This document shows, piece after piece, positions 52,670 through 64,000 of a stretch of DNA of 64,000 nucleotides; positions within the stretch are counted from its first letter, which is position 1; the number at the start of each line of letters is the position of its first letter. This DNA comes from Macrostomum lignano (lineage: Eukaryota). Under the pieces are notes generated by a model, which was given only the letters and a program-made list of their open reading frames with translations, did not search any database and was not told the origin of the DNA. A program made the translations under genes and the position numbers. The stretch spans positions 71,727 through 135,726 of the forward strand of contig NIVC01002848.1 in assembly GCA_002269645.1 (NCBI GenBank), written 5' to 3'.

Positions 52670-53470
52670 GTGACTTATTGAGGAGAGTTATGATCATTCG
52701 GCTCATTGGGGAGAGGGTTATGATTATTAGAGTCATTGGGGAGAGGGTTATGATCATTCAGCTCATTGGGGAGAGGGTTATGATCATTCGGCTTATTGGG
52801 GAGAGGTTAATGATCATTAGGGTCATTGGGGAGAGGATTATGATCATTCGGCTCATTGGGGGAGAGAGTTATGATCATTCGGCTCATTGGGGAGAGGTTT
52901 ATGATCATTCGGCTCATTGGGGAGAGGGTTATGATCATTCGGCTCATTGGGGAGAGAGTTATGATCATTAGGCTCATTGGGGAGATGGTTATGATCATTA
53001 GGCTCATTGGGGAGGGTTATGATCATTAGGGTCATTTGGGAGAGGGTTATGATCATTAGGCTCATTGGGGAGAGAGTTATGATCATTCGGCTCATTGGGG
53101 GAGAGAGTTATGATCATTCGGCTCATTGGGGAGAGGTTTATGATCATTCGGCTCATTGGGGAGAGGGTTATGATCATTCGGCTCATTGGGGAGAGAGTTA
53201 TGATAATTAGGCTCATTGGGGAGAGGGTTATGATCATTAGGCTCATTGGGGAGATGGTTATGATCTTTAGGCTCATTGGGGAGGGTTATGATCATTAGGG
53301 TCATTGGGGAGAGGGTTATGATCATTAGGCTCATTGGGGAGAGAGTTATGATCATTCGGCTCATTGGGGAGAGAGTTATGATCATTCGGCTCATTGGGGA
53401 GAGGGTTCTGATCATTAGGGTCATTGGGGAGAAGGTTTGATCTTGTGACTTATTGAGGAGAAAGTTATGA
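52670..53470. repeat. 30-bp minisatellite (ttatgatcattcggctcattggggagagag)
   Basis: Tandem copies visible. Confidence 0.95.
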
Positions 53471-54419
53471 TCAGTTTGGTTAATAGGGAGGGCAATGAAC
53501 TTTTTTGGTTTAGTTAGAGGCAAATTTTCATGCAATTCAGCCTCAGCAATCGCAAACAATATGCTTTTATCAGCAGTAGCTTTCAAACTTAATTTCCTAC
53601 AGTTTTTCACTGCAGGTGCATCAGCAACAGCAATATTTTATGCACTGGGATTATGCACCACCCTTGGCCAAAATTCACTCTGTTTAAGTTTTTAAAAAAA
53701 CTGTTTCAGCACTGCAACTACAGTAATAATCGCTAAATTTGATATAATTAAGTGTGCCAGCTGTGCTACCAGTCAAAAAGTGCTAATTACATGTTTGCAT
53801 GTATGATTTTCAAAAGTTGATTAGCAATCAATATTTCTTTGCAATTTAAACATCAATTTAATAAATATATCTCTTGAGCTATAACTTTTAATTTATTGTA
53901 CTTAACAGGTATTCAAAGTGGCACTCTAGCAAACAGTCTGTGTCAAATTATATCCCAAGCTGATAAGCTACAAGCGATTTTAAATTTAAATAAATTTTAT
54001 TTTAGTTAAAAATTGTCCAACAAGACTTCCAAATCAAAGGGTGAAATTTATTTAATTATAAGCTCGAATAAACAAATCAGTTTGATAAAACAACGATGCA
54101 CGCGAAATTTGCGTTGCAATAGAAAAATATTAGTATTCATTCATGATTTGAGGACTAATAAATAAAAAATAGTGAACATTCAACGCAGGTGAAGATGCAG
54201 GTGAGGGGAGGCACTGCTAGTTAAATACTCAATTTAGTAGTCACTAACGGTGCATTCTGGTGTTTTAATGAAAAAAGTCAAAATTCTTGTAACAGTTTGA
54301 CGAAATAAAATTAATAGAGAAAAGTGGGGAAGAGATGAGAGTACAATGGGGAGAGAGATGAAAGTACCAGGAGGTAGGAGAGAGATGAGAGCAGGAGGAA
54401 GAGATTAGATCACGAGGAA

Positions 54420-55290
54420 GAGATGAGAGCACAAGGAAAAGAGATGAGAGCACAAGGAAAAGAGATGGGAGCACAAGGAAAAGAGATGAGAGCACAAGGA
54501 AAAGAGATGAGAGCACAAGGAAAAGAGATGAGAGCACAAGGAAAAGAGATGAGAGCACAAGGAAAAGAGATGAGAGCACAAGGAAAAGAGATGAGAGCAC
54601 AAAGAAAAGAGATGAGAGCACAAGGAAAAGAGATGAGAGCACAAGGAAAAGAGATGGGAGCACAAGGAAAAGAGATGAGAGCACAAGGAAAAGAGATGAG
54701 AGCACAAGGAAAAGAGATGAGAGCACAAGGAAAAGAGATGAGAGCACAAGGAAAAGAGATGAGAGCACAAGGAAAAGAGATGGGAGCACAAGGAAAAGAG
54801 ATGAGAGCACAAGGAAAAGAGATGAGAGCACAAAGAAAAGAGATGAGAGCACAAGGAAAAGAGATGAGAGCACAAGGAAAAGAGATGGGAGCACAAGGAA
54901 AAGAGATGAGAGCACAAAGAAAAGAGATGAGAGCACAAGGAAAAGAGATGAGAGCACAAGGAAAAGAGATGGGAGCACAAGGAAAAGAGGTGAGAACACA
55001 AGGAAAAGAGATGAGAGCACAAGGAAAAGAGATGAGAGCACAAGGAAAAGAGATGAGAGCACAAAGAAAAGAGGTGAGAACACAAGGAAAAGAGATGAGA
55101 GCACAAGGAAAAGAGATGAGAGCACAAGGAAAAGAGATGAGAGCACAAAGAAAAGAGGTGAGAACACAAGGAAAAGAGGTGAGAACACTGAGAACACAAG
55201 GAAAAGAGATGAGAGCACAAGGAAAATAGATAAGATCACAAGGAAAAGAGGTGAGAACACAAGGAAAAGAGGTGAGAACACAAGGAAAAG
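54420..55290. repeat. 21-bp minisatellite (gagatgagagcacaaggaaaa)
   Basis: Tandem copies visible. Confidence 0.95.
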
Positions 55291-55604
55291 AGGTAGAGGA
55301 CAAAGAAAAGAGATAAGAGTACACAAGAAAGTCAGATACAGCGGGTACAACGAATAGATAAATAGAGCTAACTGAAAAAGTCAAGAAATGAAATTTTCTA
55401 ATAAAATATGCAAACCACGAAGGCTGAACGGAGCATTTACAGCATAAATGTTCGTTATTAAAGCATAAAGCGAAACCATAATTCAGAAGACTGATAGTAG
55501 TGTGAATTAATAAATCATAGCTAAGATTAAGAAGGTCAAGGCGCAAAAAATTTTAATGGCTAAAAATATCTGCATTAGGCAAGACAGTACTACAAGTCAA
55601 GAGC

Positions 55605-56580
55605 TCATGAATACTTGGTGTACTGCAGAGGCTCAATCTCTTGAGCTAAAAACTCGTGAACTTTTGGCCAGATCTCGTTTGAGTAGCTGCCAGTAAATTG
55701 CACTAGAAGGCCGCGCTGTCTGAAGTATTCTAGCACGGGTTCAGTCAATTCTTTGTAGTGCGACAGGCGCTCCAGTACCACAGACTCTTTGTCATCTTCG
55801 CGTTGGATTAACGGCTCGCCAGTGACGTCATCGAAGCCCTTTGGATAGAGGGGGGGGTGAGTGTACATTGGGGTTTGGCGTAGAGGATAGATAGAGAGCA
55901 AGTGTACATTGGGGTTTGGCGTAGAGGATAGAGGGGCGAGTGTACATTGGGGTGTGGCATAGAGGATAGAGGGGCGAGTGTACATTGGGTGTGGCATAGA
56001 GGATAGAGGGGCGAGTGTACATTGGGTGTGGCATAGAGGATAGAGGGGCGAGTGTACATTGGGTGTGGCATAGAGGATAGAGGGGCGAGTGTACATTGGG
56101 GTTTCACAGAGATTCAGAGAATAGAGAAGCAAGTGCGAATAGGGTTTATAAACAGTGTTTATAGTATCTGTGGTTTTGGCCCAAGATAGAGCCTGGGTGA
56201 ACATTAGGTTTAAAATAAGTTAGTAATGAGAACAAGTACATATTCTGGAATTCTGGAACATTTTCAAGCATATATATAACGCACCTCTCGCACAGGCTTA
56301 TTAAACTCTGTGTGATAAGTCCTCCCACTTCCCGGATGAATCCACCGGCCTTTAATACGTTCAACAATGACGTTAAACGGCACGTCAAGATTCATAACTC
56401 GATCAATTTGCACGCGTGAGCAAAGACTTTCAGCCTGCGGCAGTGTGCGCGGAAAGCCGTCTAATAGTAAGTGAGAATTTGCGGCAGCTTTGGATTGCTC
56501 TTCAATGATGAGCTCAAGTACCAGACTGTCTGGCACTAGTTCGCCGCGGTTCATGTACTTGCCAACTTCTAGACCGAGCT
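55605..56580 (-). CDS. AK3: Adenylate kinase, AK3-like (mitochondrial GTP:AMP phosphotransferase), last two exons
   Basis: Exon 56580-56285 (GELVPD, LLDGFPRTLPQAE, RWIHPGSGRTYH) splices in phase 0 to exon 55838-55605 (GFDDVTGEPLIQREDDK...EIWPKV). The P-loop exon is not in the window. Confidence 0.88.
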
Positions 56581-58809
56581 CTTGAAATGAGATTGGCGCG
56601 AAAGAAAATAATAAATATGGATACTATTCGGAGCGTGGACGTGTAATTATGTATGTACATGTAAGATACTAAACAAGAGATATTAGATAAGATAAAAAAG
56701 ATCTCATAGAGGGGCGAGTGTACATTAAGGTTTGGCGCAGAGGATAGAGGGGATAGAGGGACGAGTGTACTGTAGTGTGAGCATCTTTTGCGATAGCCTT
56801 GTATTCTATTAGTTGGGTTTTGCATTATTGTTATTGAATTATTATTTTGCTTTAGTTAGTCATACGTTTTTGGTGTACTTTTTCCTTGTTAGTTAGAATC
56901 AATTTTGCGTAAACAGGTTAGAGTTAGACGCCATTTGTGACTCAGCGGAGGGTTAAGTTGTCTGCGAACCCCAGCTTTGCGCGGTCAGCCAATCAGAACC
57001 GGCCTGGACCCTGGCACGCGGCAAGTTTCAATTCTACCCGGCGCCGCGGGCACAGTGCAATTCGGCTTAAGCAAGCGGCCGGCCAGACGACCACCACCCG
57101 GCTTGAGGGGGGTTTTGAGGGGTTGTGACTCTGACTATATATGAAAGTGTGTTTGGCAATCAGATCTCGCCTTCCTTTCCGCCTTCTCTTTCCCCGGTTT
57201 TGTCTTGTCCAGTTCCCGGCCGGTGGCCCGATTTCTCCTCTCTTGTTGGTTCGCGCTTTGAGGCGCCTGAATTCATCACCCCCGGTCCATATTTTTGTTC
57301 CCGCCCAACCGCTTTAGTCTTGTGGTGTAACGCCTACGGCAAATTCCTGTCTGAAGTCGTCGCTATCAAGCGCGGTTAGATAGAGACTGTCGGATCTGAT
57401 CAAGTACGCGGCCTCGATCCCGAGGGCCTCAGTGTTACACTGAAGGGCAGTGCCGATAGAATTTAGTCGGTACTCCGTTGAACGGTCGGTTCGGCAGGGC
57501 TCTCGTTTGAGTGTAGGTTCTGGCTTAGGCCAGGGGTTAGGAGTCTTTCTCCGTGGTCCTGTGTTCGGTTCTTCTCCTTCTTCTTCAAGCTGAGATCCGC
57601 TTGTCAGTGCGTAAAATAATCATTATTATTAATCGTTACTATTCGTTATCATCAGTCTAATTATCTGCGCCGCGAATTGCTTGAATCCTGTAGCTTGAAT
57701 AATCAAATTAAATCGTCTAACCAATTATCAGTTTGTATCATATAGGATTATCACTCTCTAAATCTTTCGGTTTGTGTTCCCTCGTGTTCTTTATTTTCTT
57801 GTACTGTACCTGCGGCTATTGGAGAAGACTGGTAGGACTCGCCGACCGGCGATAGGCGATTAGGATTAATAGCTTTAAAATCTCTGACGCTCCAAGTAGG
57901 TTTGTCTAGGGCCTAATTAATTGCTCACCGTGCATGCTATTTATCTAATTGCCTATTTATCACAGTACATTGGGGTTTGGCGTAGAGGATAGAGGGGATG
58001 GAGGGGCGAGTGTACATTGGGGTTTGGCGTAGAGGATAGAGGGGATGGAGGGGCGAGTGTACATTGGGGTTTGGCGTAGAGGATAGAGGAGGGGATAAAG
58101 GGACGAGTGTACATTGGGGTTTGGCGTAGAGGATAGAGGGGATAGAGGGGCGAGTGGACATTGGGGTTTGGCGTAGAGGATAGAGGGGATAGAGGGACGA
58201 GTGTACATTGGGGTTTGTCGTAGAGGATAGAGGGGATAGAAGGACGAGTGTACATTGGGGTTTGGCGTAGAGGATAGAGGGGATAGAGGGGCGAGTGTAC
58301 ATTGGGGTTTGGCGTAGAGGATAGAGGAGGGGATAAAGGGGCGAGTGTACATTGGGGTTTGGCGTAGAGGATAGAGGAGGGGATAAAGGGACGAGTGTAC
58401 ATTGGGGTTTGGCGTAGAGGATAGAGGGGATAGAGGGGCGAGTGTACATTGGGGTTTGGCGTAGAGGATAGAGGAGGGGATAAAGGGACGAGTGTACATT
58501 GGGGTTTGGCGTAGAGGATAGAGGGGATGGAGGGGCGAGCGTACATTGGGGTTTGGCGTAGAGGATAGAGGGGATAGAGGGACGAGTGTACATTGGGGTT
58601 TGGCGTAGAGGATAGAGGGGATAGAGGGGCGAGCGTACATTGGGGTTTGGCGTAGAGGATAGAGGGGATAGAGGGACGAGTGTACATTGGGGTTTGGCGC
58701 AGAGGATAGAGGGGATAGAGGGGCGAGTGTACATTGGGGTTTGGCGCAGAGGATAGAGGGGATAGAGGGGCGAGTGTACATTGGGGGTTGGCGTAGACGA
58801 TAGAGGGTC
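55850..58809. repeat. G-rich minisatellite (gagtgtacattggggtttggcgtagaggatagagggg core) in two AK3 introns
   Basis: Blocks at 55850-56100, 56705-56770 and 57965-58809. Confidence 0.9.
56771..57964 (+). mobile_element. Solo LTR (1194 bp) of a second family, inserted in the minisatellite
   Basis: TGT...ACA termini; 4-bp TSD GTAC (56767-56770 and 57965-57968); the repeat unit resumes exactly after it; CCAAT (~56988) and TATA-like ctatatatg (~57135). Confidence 0.85.
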
Positions 58810-59387
58810 AGTAGTAGTATGTTATAAGGGGCTGCGCCACACTTAATTGCTCGGGCGCATTGCGCGCCAGCTCGCTGGATGACTCAGCCCCTTATAACAT
58901 ACTACTACTACCAGGAGGTCATGGATTCAAGTGGGTGTGTGATATGTAAATATACATATATCTGTGAGTGAGGGTGTTGAGGGTGAGGGCATGTGGGGGG
59001 CATTGGCCTGTGGAATATTTCACCGAACACAGATTTTCCGGAATTTTTATACTTTTAAAAAGGGGGGGTGCCCTCGCCCTCATGCCCTCACTCATTTTGA
59101 AAATCACTAAAAATAAGTGAAAAATGACTAAAAACAGGTGAAAATGGTCTGAAAACAGCGATTTTTTGTGATTTTCTAATTTTTTTAAAAAGTGCAATTT
59201 TCACGATTCCAGCTCTAAAACCATGAGAAAAGTTGGATTCACGGGTCAATTTAATGCAATTTCAGGTATATACAATATGAAAGTGTCATCTAATTTGACG
59301 ATAGTAAATTTTATATATATAAAATGGCCTTCAGTAAACCATTATTTCTAGGAAATGCTTTAGATATTCAGTCAGGTATAGACATAA

Positions 59388-60158
59388 TTGACAATTAGGC
59401 ATAATCGCCATATAAAAATGAATGATAAAAATGAACACATCTATCCTGTGGTTGAGCTGCATGAAGCAGATTTGAGGGAGCGGGACTATTTCAATCAGAG
59501 AAAGGGTGAAATCAAAGGCAGTATTGAATGCATTACGAAAGATCTTACAATTTATAGCAAAAAGGTAAAAAAGTACAAACGACAAAGTAGCAGGATAAAT
59601 TGGATCAACATTGTGACAGGAAATGTAAGTCTCTTGGCTGCTACAGGAATTGGCATAGCAACATCGATACTGACATTGAATCCCTTAGTTATTGGAGTAG
59701 TAATCGGGGCAATGAGTGGTTTTGAAGCTGTAAAATCCACGTCGTTGTTTGCAACTGTGAAAATTCATTGCCAAAAGCAGAAGGCAAAATACATTGTTCT
59801 CAGAGATCTGGCCAATAAATACAGAGAGAGATTATATATTTACTCCCAAAAAGCAGTTGATGATTATAGATTAACTCTTGAAGAGGTTCAAGCAGCTACT
59901 GCAATTTATTCAGAATACAGAGAGAAAAGAGATCAATTGTTAGACGCCGGTGTTGCGCCTGAAGAAGTTAACCATTCGGAAGTCGTTGATAAAATTCTCA
60001 AAGAGAGTAGACTTGGTCATTCAGCGAAGGAAAAAATTAAAAAGGAACTGCTGGAGAAAGATCTGAGAGAAAAATTGGGTCTAGCCGATAAGCCAAAAGA
60101 GTACTCGGCAACACTCAATCTTCAATCAAATGCTCCAACTGCACCCCCCTATGCTTGA
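59388..60158 (+). CDS. Polinton-associated protein with a central hydrophobic hairpin, function unknown
   Basis: Intact 256-aa ORF (the true start may be MNDKNEHIYP); IYP...KKYKR...two hydrophobic segments...KAVDD pattern that I recall from ORFs next to animal Maverick polB genes. Confidence 0.65.
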   Translation: MTIRHNRHIKMNDKNEHIYPVVELHEADLRERDYFNQRKGEIKGSIECITKDLTIYSKKVKKYKRQSSRINWINIVTGNVSLLAATGIGIATSILTLNPLVIGVVIGAMSGFEAVKSTSLFATVKIHCQKQKAKYIVLRDLANKYRERLYIYSQKAVDDYRLTLEEVQAATAIYSEYREKRDQLLDAGVAPEEVNHSEVVDKILKESRLGHSAKEKIKKELLEKDLREKLGLADKPKEYSATLNLQSNAPTAPPYA

Positions 60159-60182
60159 GTCTGTTTAATTTTTTTCTTAAAA

Positions 60183-63100
60183 ATGGAAAGGAAAATACCA
60201 GCGGCCTCTTATGAATATGATCTCGACACCGTTGAAGAAATTCACGGTTTAATCTCCCCAATTCTTTCTAAACATTTGATGGCTAGAGATTCAATAAAAT
60301 ACAGAATTTCCTTTGTCGCAGAATTTTATAAAGGAACTACCGACAGTTGGATTGAGTTCCAATATCATTCAAAGTATCGAACTTTGTTAAATCTGCTTCA
60401 AGTTGAAGATAGTATTGAAAGTACAATAAGGGATGTTCTGGATGAATTTGATGAATGGAAGGATAGTTTTAATGAAAGGGGATCGGGATATTATTTTGTT
60501 AAGTTAGTAAAGATTGTGTTGAAAGTTGTTGGCATTAATCAGTTGAAAGGAGGAACTTATATTTCAATTCCAATTAAATCAAACGCATTAGTAAATGTCA
60601 AGAACACTAAAGACAATAGGTGCTTTCTCTGGTCTATTTTAGCAAAGCTCCATCCTGTGAAGGAACATAGATATAGAGTTGGTAAGTATACACAGTATAT
60701 AAATGAAATAAACTTAGGAGACGTTAAATTTCCAGTGGACATTCGAGATATCTCTGACATTGAAAAGTTGAACAGTCTTCATATAAATGTGTTTGGATTA
60801 AGGGATATAAATACTAAAGAGTCAATATATTCTATTCGTCTGACAGAAGATTACGACAACCCCAATGTTATTGATTTACTACTTGTCAAAAATCATTATT
60901 GTTTAATAACAGACTTGTGTTTATTCCTCACGTCCCAAAATTACAACAGGGTTTTTCTTTGTCGAAAGTGTCTTCAAGTCAAATACTCCCAGGATGCACT
61001 GGATAATCATAAAGCAATCTGTAATGACTTCAAAGTGTCAATTGAAGTTCCAAAGATTGATAAGAGGATATTAAAGTTTAAAAACTACCACATGAGTGTA
61101 AGAAAACCATTTGTGTTTTATGCAATATTAGATTATGTAACGATGGATGATAAATCACTAGAGCTATCACAATGGACACTTTTTACTAGTTCCGACTATG
61201 AGGACATTATAAAATCAAATATTATTTCAAATACTACAGTGGAATCATTCGTTGAAACCGTAATAAAAAAGTTTGAGCATATAAAAAATGAAATGGATAG
61301 ATATAAACATCCAAGATTAAGTGATGTCGAAGAGACTGATTACAAAGCGGCAGAACAATGTTTTCTCTGCTCAAGGCCATTTGTAGATAGTAAAAAAATT
61401 CGAGAGCATAATCACTACAATGGTAAATATCGTGGCGCAGCATGTCAATCATGTAATACCAAAGAGGGCAAGGCGAATCAAACAGTACCGTTGTTTCTCC
61501 TGAATGAATCTGGAAAAGATCTAAACTATTTGATAGCTCCATTAACACGAATGAATAATAAAAAATATATATTGGATTTTATTTCTAAAACATCGGAAGA
61601 CCATGTTGCAATTAAGTTGGGGAATTATACCAGTGGTGTTGTGTTTTTAGATGGATCTAGGTTTTTGGAACCACCATTTACACTCTCTAAAGAAGAAATA
61701 AAATATTTGCCACCCAGTGATACAACAGCAGTAATTAGAAAGATTTACTCATTTGTCAATGCTTTTGAGAAGTTTCGATCAACATTTTTGAAATATTTCA
61801 AGATAGATCCTGCGTATTGCTTTTCCCTTTCTGGATTATCGTGGGCATGTGGGTTGAAATATACTAATGTGGAATTGGAATTACTTGGTGATAAAGAAAT
61901 GATATCCATGGTAGAAAGTGGTATTCGCGGCGGTTTCTCTGGAGTTCTTGGAGATCGATATAAAAAAATGAATAACAAGTATTTAGAAAGTTATGACAGC
62001 AATTCTGAATCGTCGTACATGCTATACTTGGACAAGAATAATTTATATGGTGAAGCAATGATGAAAAATCTACCTGTGGGAGATTTCAAGTTTGAAAATG
62101 ATCTAGAGTATCACAAGAATATTCCTAATGGCAGGGGTTGTTTTCTTGAAGTTGACCTTCAATATACAGAGGAATGTAAGAAAGCTACAAGTAAATATCC
62201 ACTGGCTCCTGAGAAACGAACAACTAGGTTTGAGGATTTATCTGACATACAGAAGCAATACCTCGAAGTCGAAAAGAAAAAGTTTGTTCAATCCAAGTTG
62301 AATGTTGACATTTTACAACAAGGAGAAATATGTTTTACATCACAGACTACTTGAGTTTTATGAGAAGATGGGCATGCGAGTTGCGAGAGTTTATAGAATT
62401 CTTTCATTCAAAGAGTCAAACTGGTTGAGTAAATACATCGAATTTAATACCAGGCGGAGAATGGAAGCAAAAACTAAATTTGAGAAAGACCTGTGGAAAC
62501 TACTAAACAACTCATTCTACGGTAAAACAATCGAAAATGTAAAGAATAGGTCGAACTTTCATCTTGTAGCTGAAGAAAAAACTGCAAGGCGTTATTTTTC
62601 CAAACCAAATTTCAAAGATTTCATTATGTTTAGTGAGGATGCGGTTGGTATCCAAATGTACAAAAAGACAATTGCGTGTGACAAGCCAATTTATTTAGGA
62701 ATGGCTATTCTGGATTATGCAAAAATGTTCATGTACGATTGCTATTACAATGTTATTGAGAAGAATTGGAACAGCTGTCAATTGCACTATTCTGATTGTG
62801 ATTCGCTGATATTCTCAGTGATTACTCAGGATGTTTATGAGGATCTTGAAAAAATTAAAGAACACTTAGACACATCGGATTATCCAAGAGAGCATCCACT
62901 ATACTCCGAGACGAACAAGAAAGTCATTGGAAAGTTGAAAGATGAAATGAATGGCTCAATAATTTCCGAAGCTGTATTCCTGCGGTCAAAGGAGTATGCT
63001 TTCACTACAGTTTCAGGGGAGTGTGTTACGATCAAGGGGGTTTGATAAAAGCAGTACAAATATAAAGTTTGAAACATTTAAAAACATACTATGACAGATT

Positions 63101-63251
63101 ACAAAGATATTCAAAGAGGTAGAGTAAGTATGATGTATCTGAAAAAATAAAAATATATATTCGTGAGATTATGAAACAAACAATGAGTCCGTTAGATGAT
63201 AAAAGATATTATTTGGATCCTATCAGATCTATTCCTCATCAGCCAATGTAA
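60183..63251 (+). pseudogene. polB: Protein-primed family B DNA polymerase (pPolB), frameshifted in this sequence
   Basis: RCFLWSILA; endonuclease VII-like REHNHYNGKYRGAACQSCN; polymerase motifs YLDKNNLYG, KLLNNSFYGKT, YSDCDS, KVIGKLKDE and SPLDDKRY. One extra base at ~62301 and further indels after ~63037. Confidence 0.92.
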
Positions 63252-63272
63252 TCGCATTGATAACATCTTCGT

Positions 63273-64000
63273 TTATTTTTTTACACATAAAAACAGAACA
63301 TTTTTAGTTTCTTGCTGTTTACCATCTATCCTACGCCTATATCTATCCTTATAATACTTACAATAGTCATTGTGATTCTTGAAGAAATCTGTTATGTATT
63401 GTTGTTGGAATTCACGTTTCTCACGTTGGGCTAGAGTCCTATAGTATTCACTCTCTGTTGGCGGCAGTGTAAATTTCTCTAACAAGCATAAATGTTTTTT
63501 CCTCAGTTTCTAAAAATTCATAATTCTCTTCAAAGAAGTGAGCAAACCAATTACAATTCTGTATGAATTCATTAGTGTTTTCAATTACATTTTGAGATAG
63601 ATATATTTTCACCCTTTGTTTGCTTGAAAATTTCTAGTAGGTGTTTCATCTCAGAAACTTATATTTAGTCTTAAACTCCTCACTTTTCAAATATGATCGG
63701 CCTTGCTAAGTGTGTTTCTCAGGCATCAATGATTTCGTTATCTGTTGTATATTTGCACGGGTAATTAATATTGATAATTTCCTCTTCTCTGCATCTCCAA
63801 TATTTTGTCTAAAGTCAGGCTTGTTATTACATTCGACTATTAGGGTTGCGTGTTAAAACGACATTACACTGGCTTGAATATAAATTTCTAGGCTTGGATA
63901 ACCCCACACAGTTAGTAATTTTATTGATGCATTGTTCAAGACACCACTTACTTCTTGACTGATAACTAACCTCTTTTTATTAATTTGTGCTAGGGGCTTG
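63273..64000 (-). pseudogene. D5-like SF3 helicase, C-terminal half, multiply frameshifted
   Basis: Manual translation across indels: LAQINKKRLVISQEVSGVLNNASIKLLT / GVIQA / RNLYSSQ / HATLIVECNNKPDF...DAEKRK / NWFAHFFEENYEF / EKREF...KNVLFLCVKK. This matches the Walker B, motif B' (ARxLY), sensor-1 (CNxxP) and Arg-finger layout of D5-like helicases. Confidence 0.7.

Larger units (their letters stand above)
58810..64000 (+). mobile_element. Polinton/Maverick-like element, left end; runs off the window
   Basis: AGTAGTAGT terminus typical of Polintons; abrupt shift to AT-rich, intronless, gene-dense DNA; pPolB gene. Confidence 0.9.

Noticed and set aside
52678-55546. Repeat ORFs (RVMIIRLIG, CSHLFSL, MRAQGKE)
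   Set aside because: Translations of 30-bp and 21-bp minisatellites.
57937-58781. Proline-rich ORFs of 244-273 aa
   Set aside because: Translations of the intronic minisatellite in all three minus frames.

Overview
Eukaryotic animal DNA, very rich in repeats. It is most likely from a free-living flatworm of the Macrostomum type; this is inferred from the innexin, the RWamide precursor and introns packed with minisatellites, and is not proven. Host genes: an RWamide neuropeptide precursor whose signal-peptide exon is split by a 2-kb solo LTR; a small Ser/Thr-rich membrane protein; a 7-exon PTS-EGF-SEA-EGF-EGF-TM mucin; a 3-exon innexin; and the 3' exons of an AK3-like adenylate kinase. Mobile DNA: three solo LTRs with 4-bp TSDs, a mariner nested in a LINE RT fragment, several MITEs, and an internally deleted Crypton-like tyrosine-recombinase element. 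The last 5.2 kb hold the left end of a Polinton/Maverick-like element. That element is the most unusual part of the window: it has an AGTAGTAGT terminus folded into a branched hairpin, a pPolB with degenerate proofreading motifs, and a convergent D5-like SF3 helicase. Most long ORFs in the supplied track are artefacts of tandem repeats.
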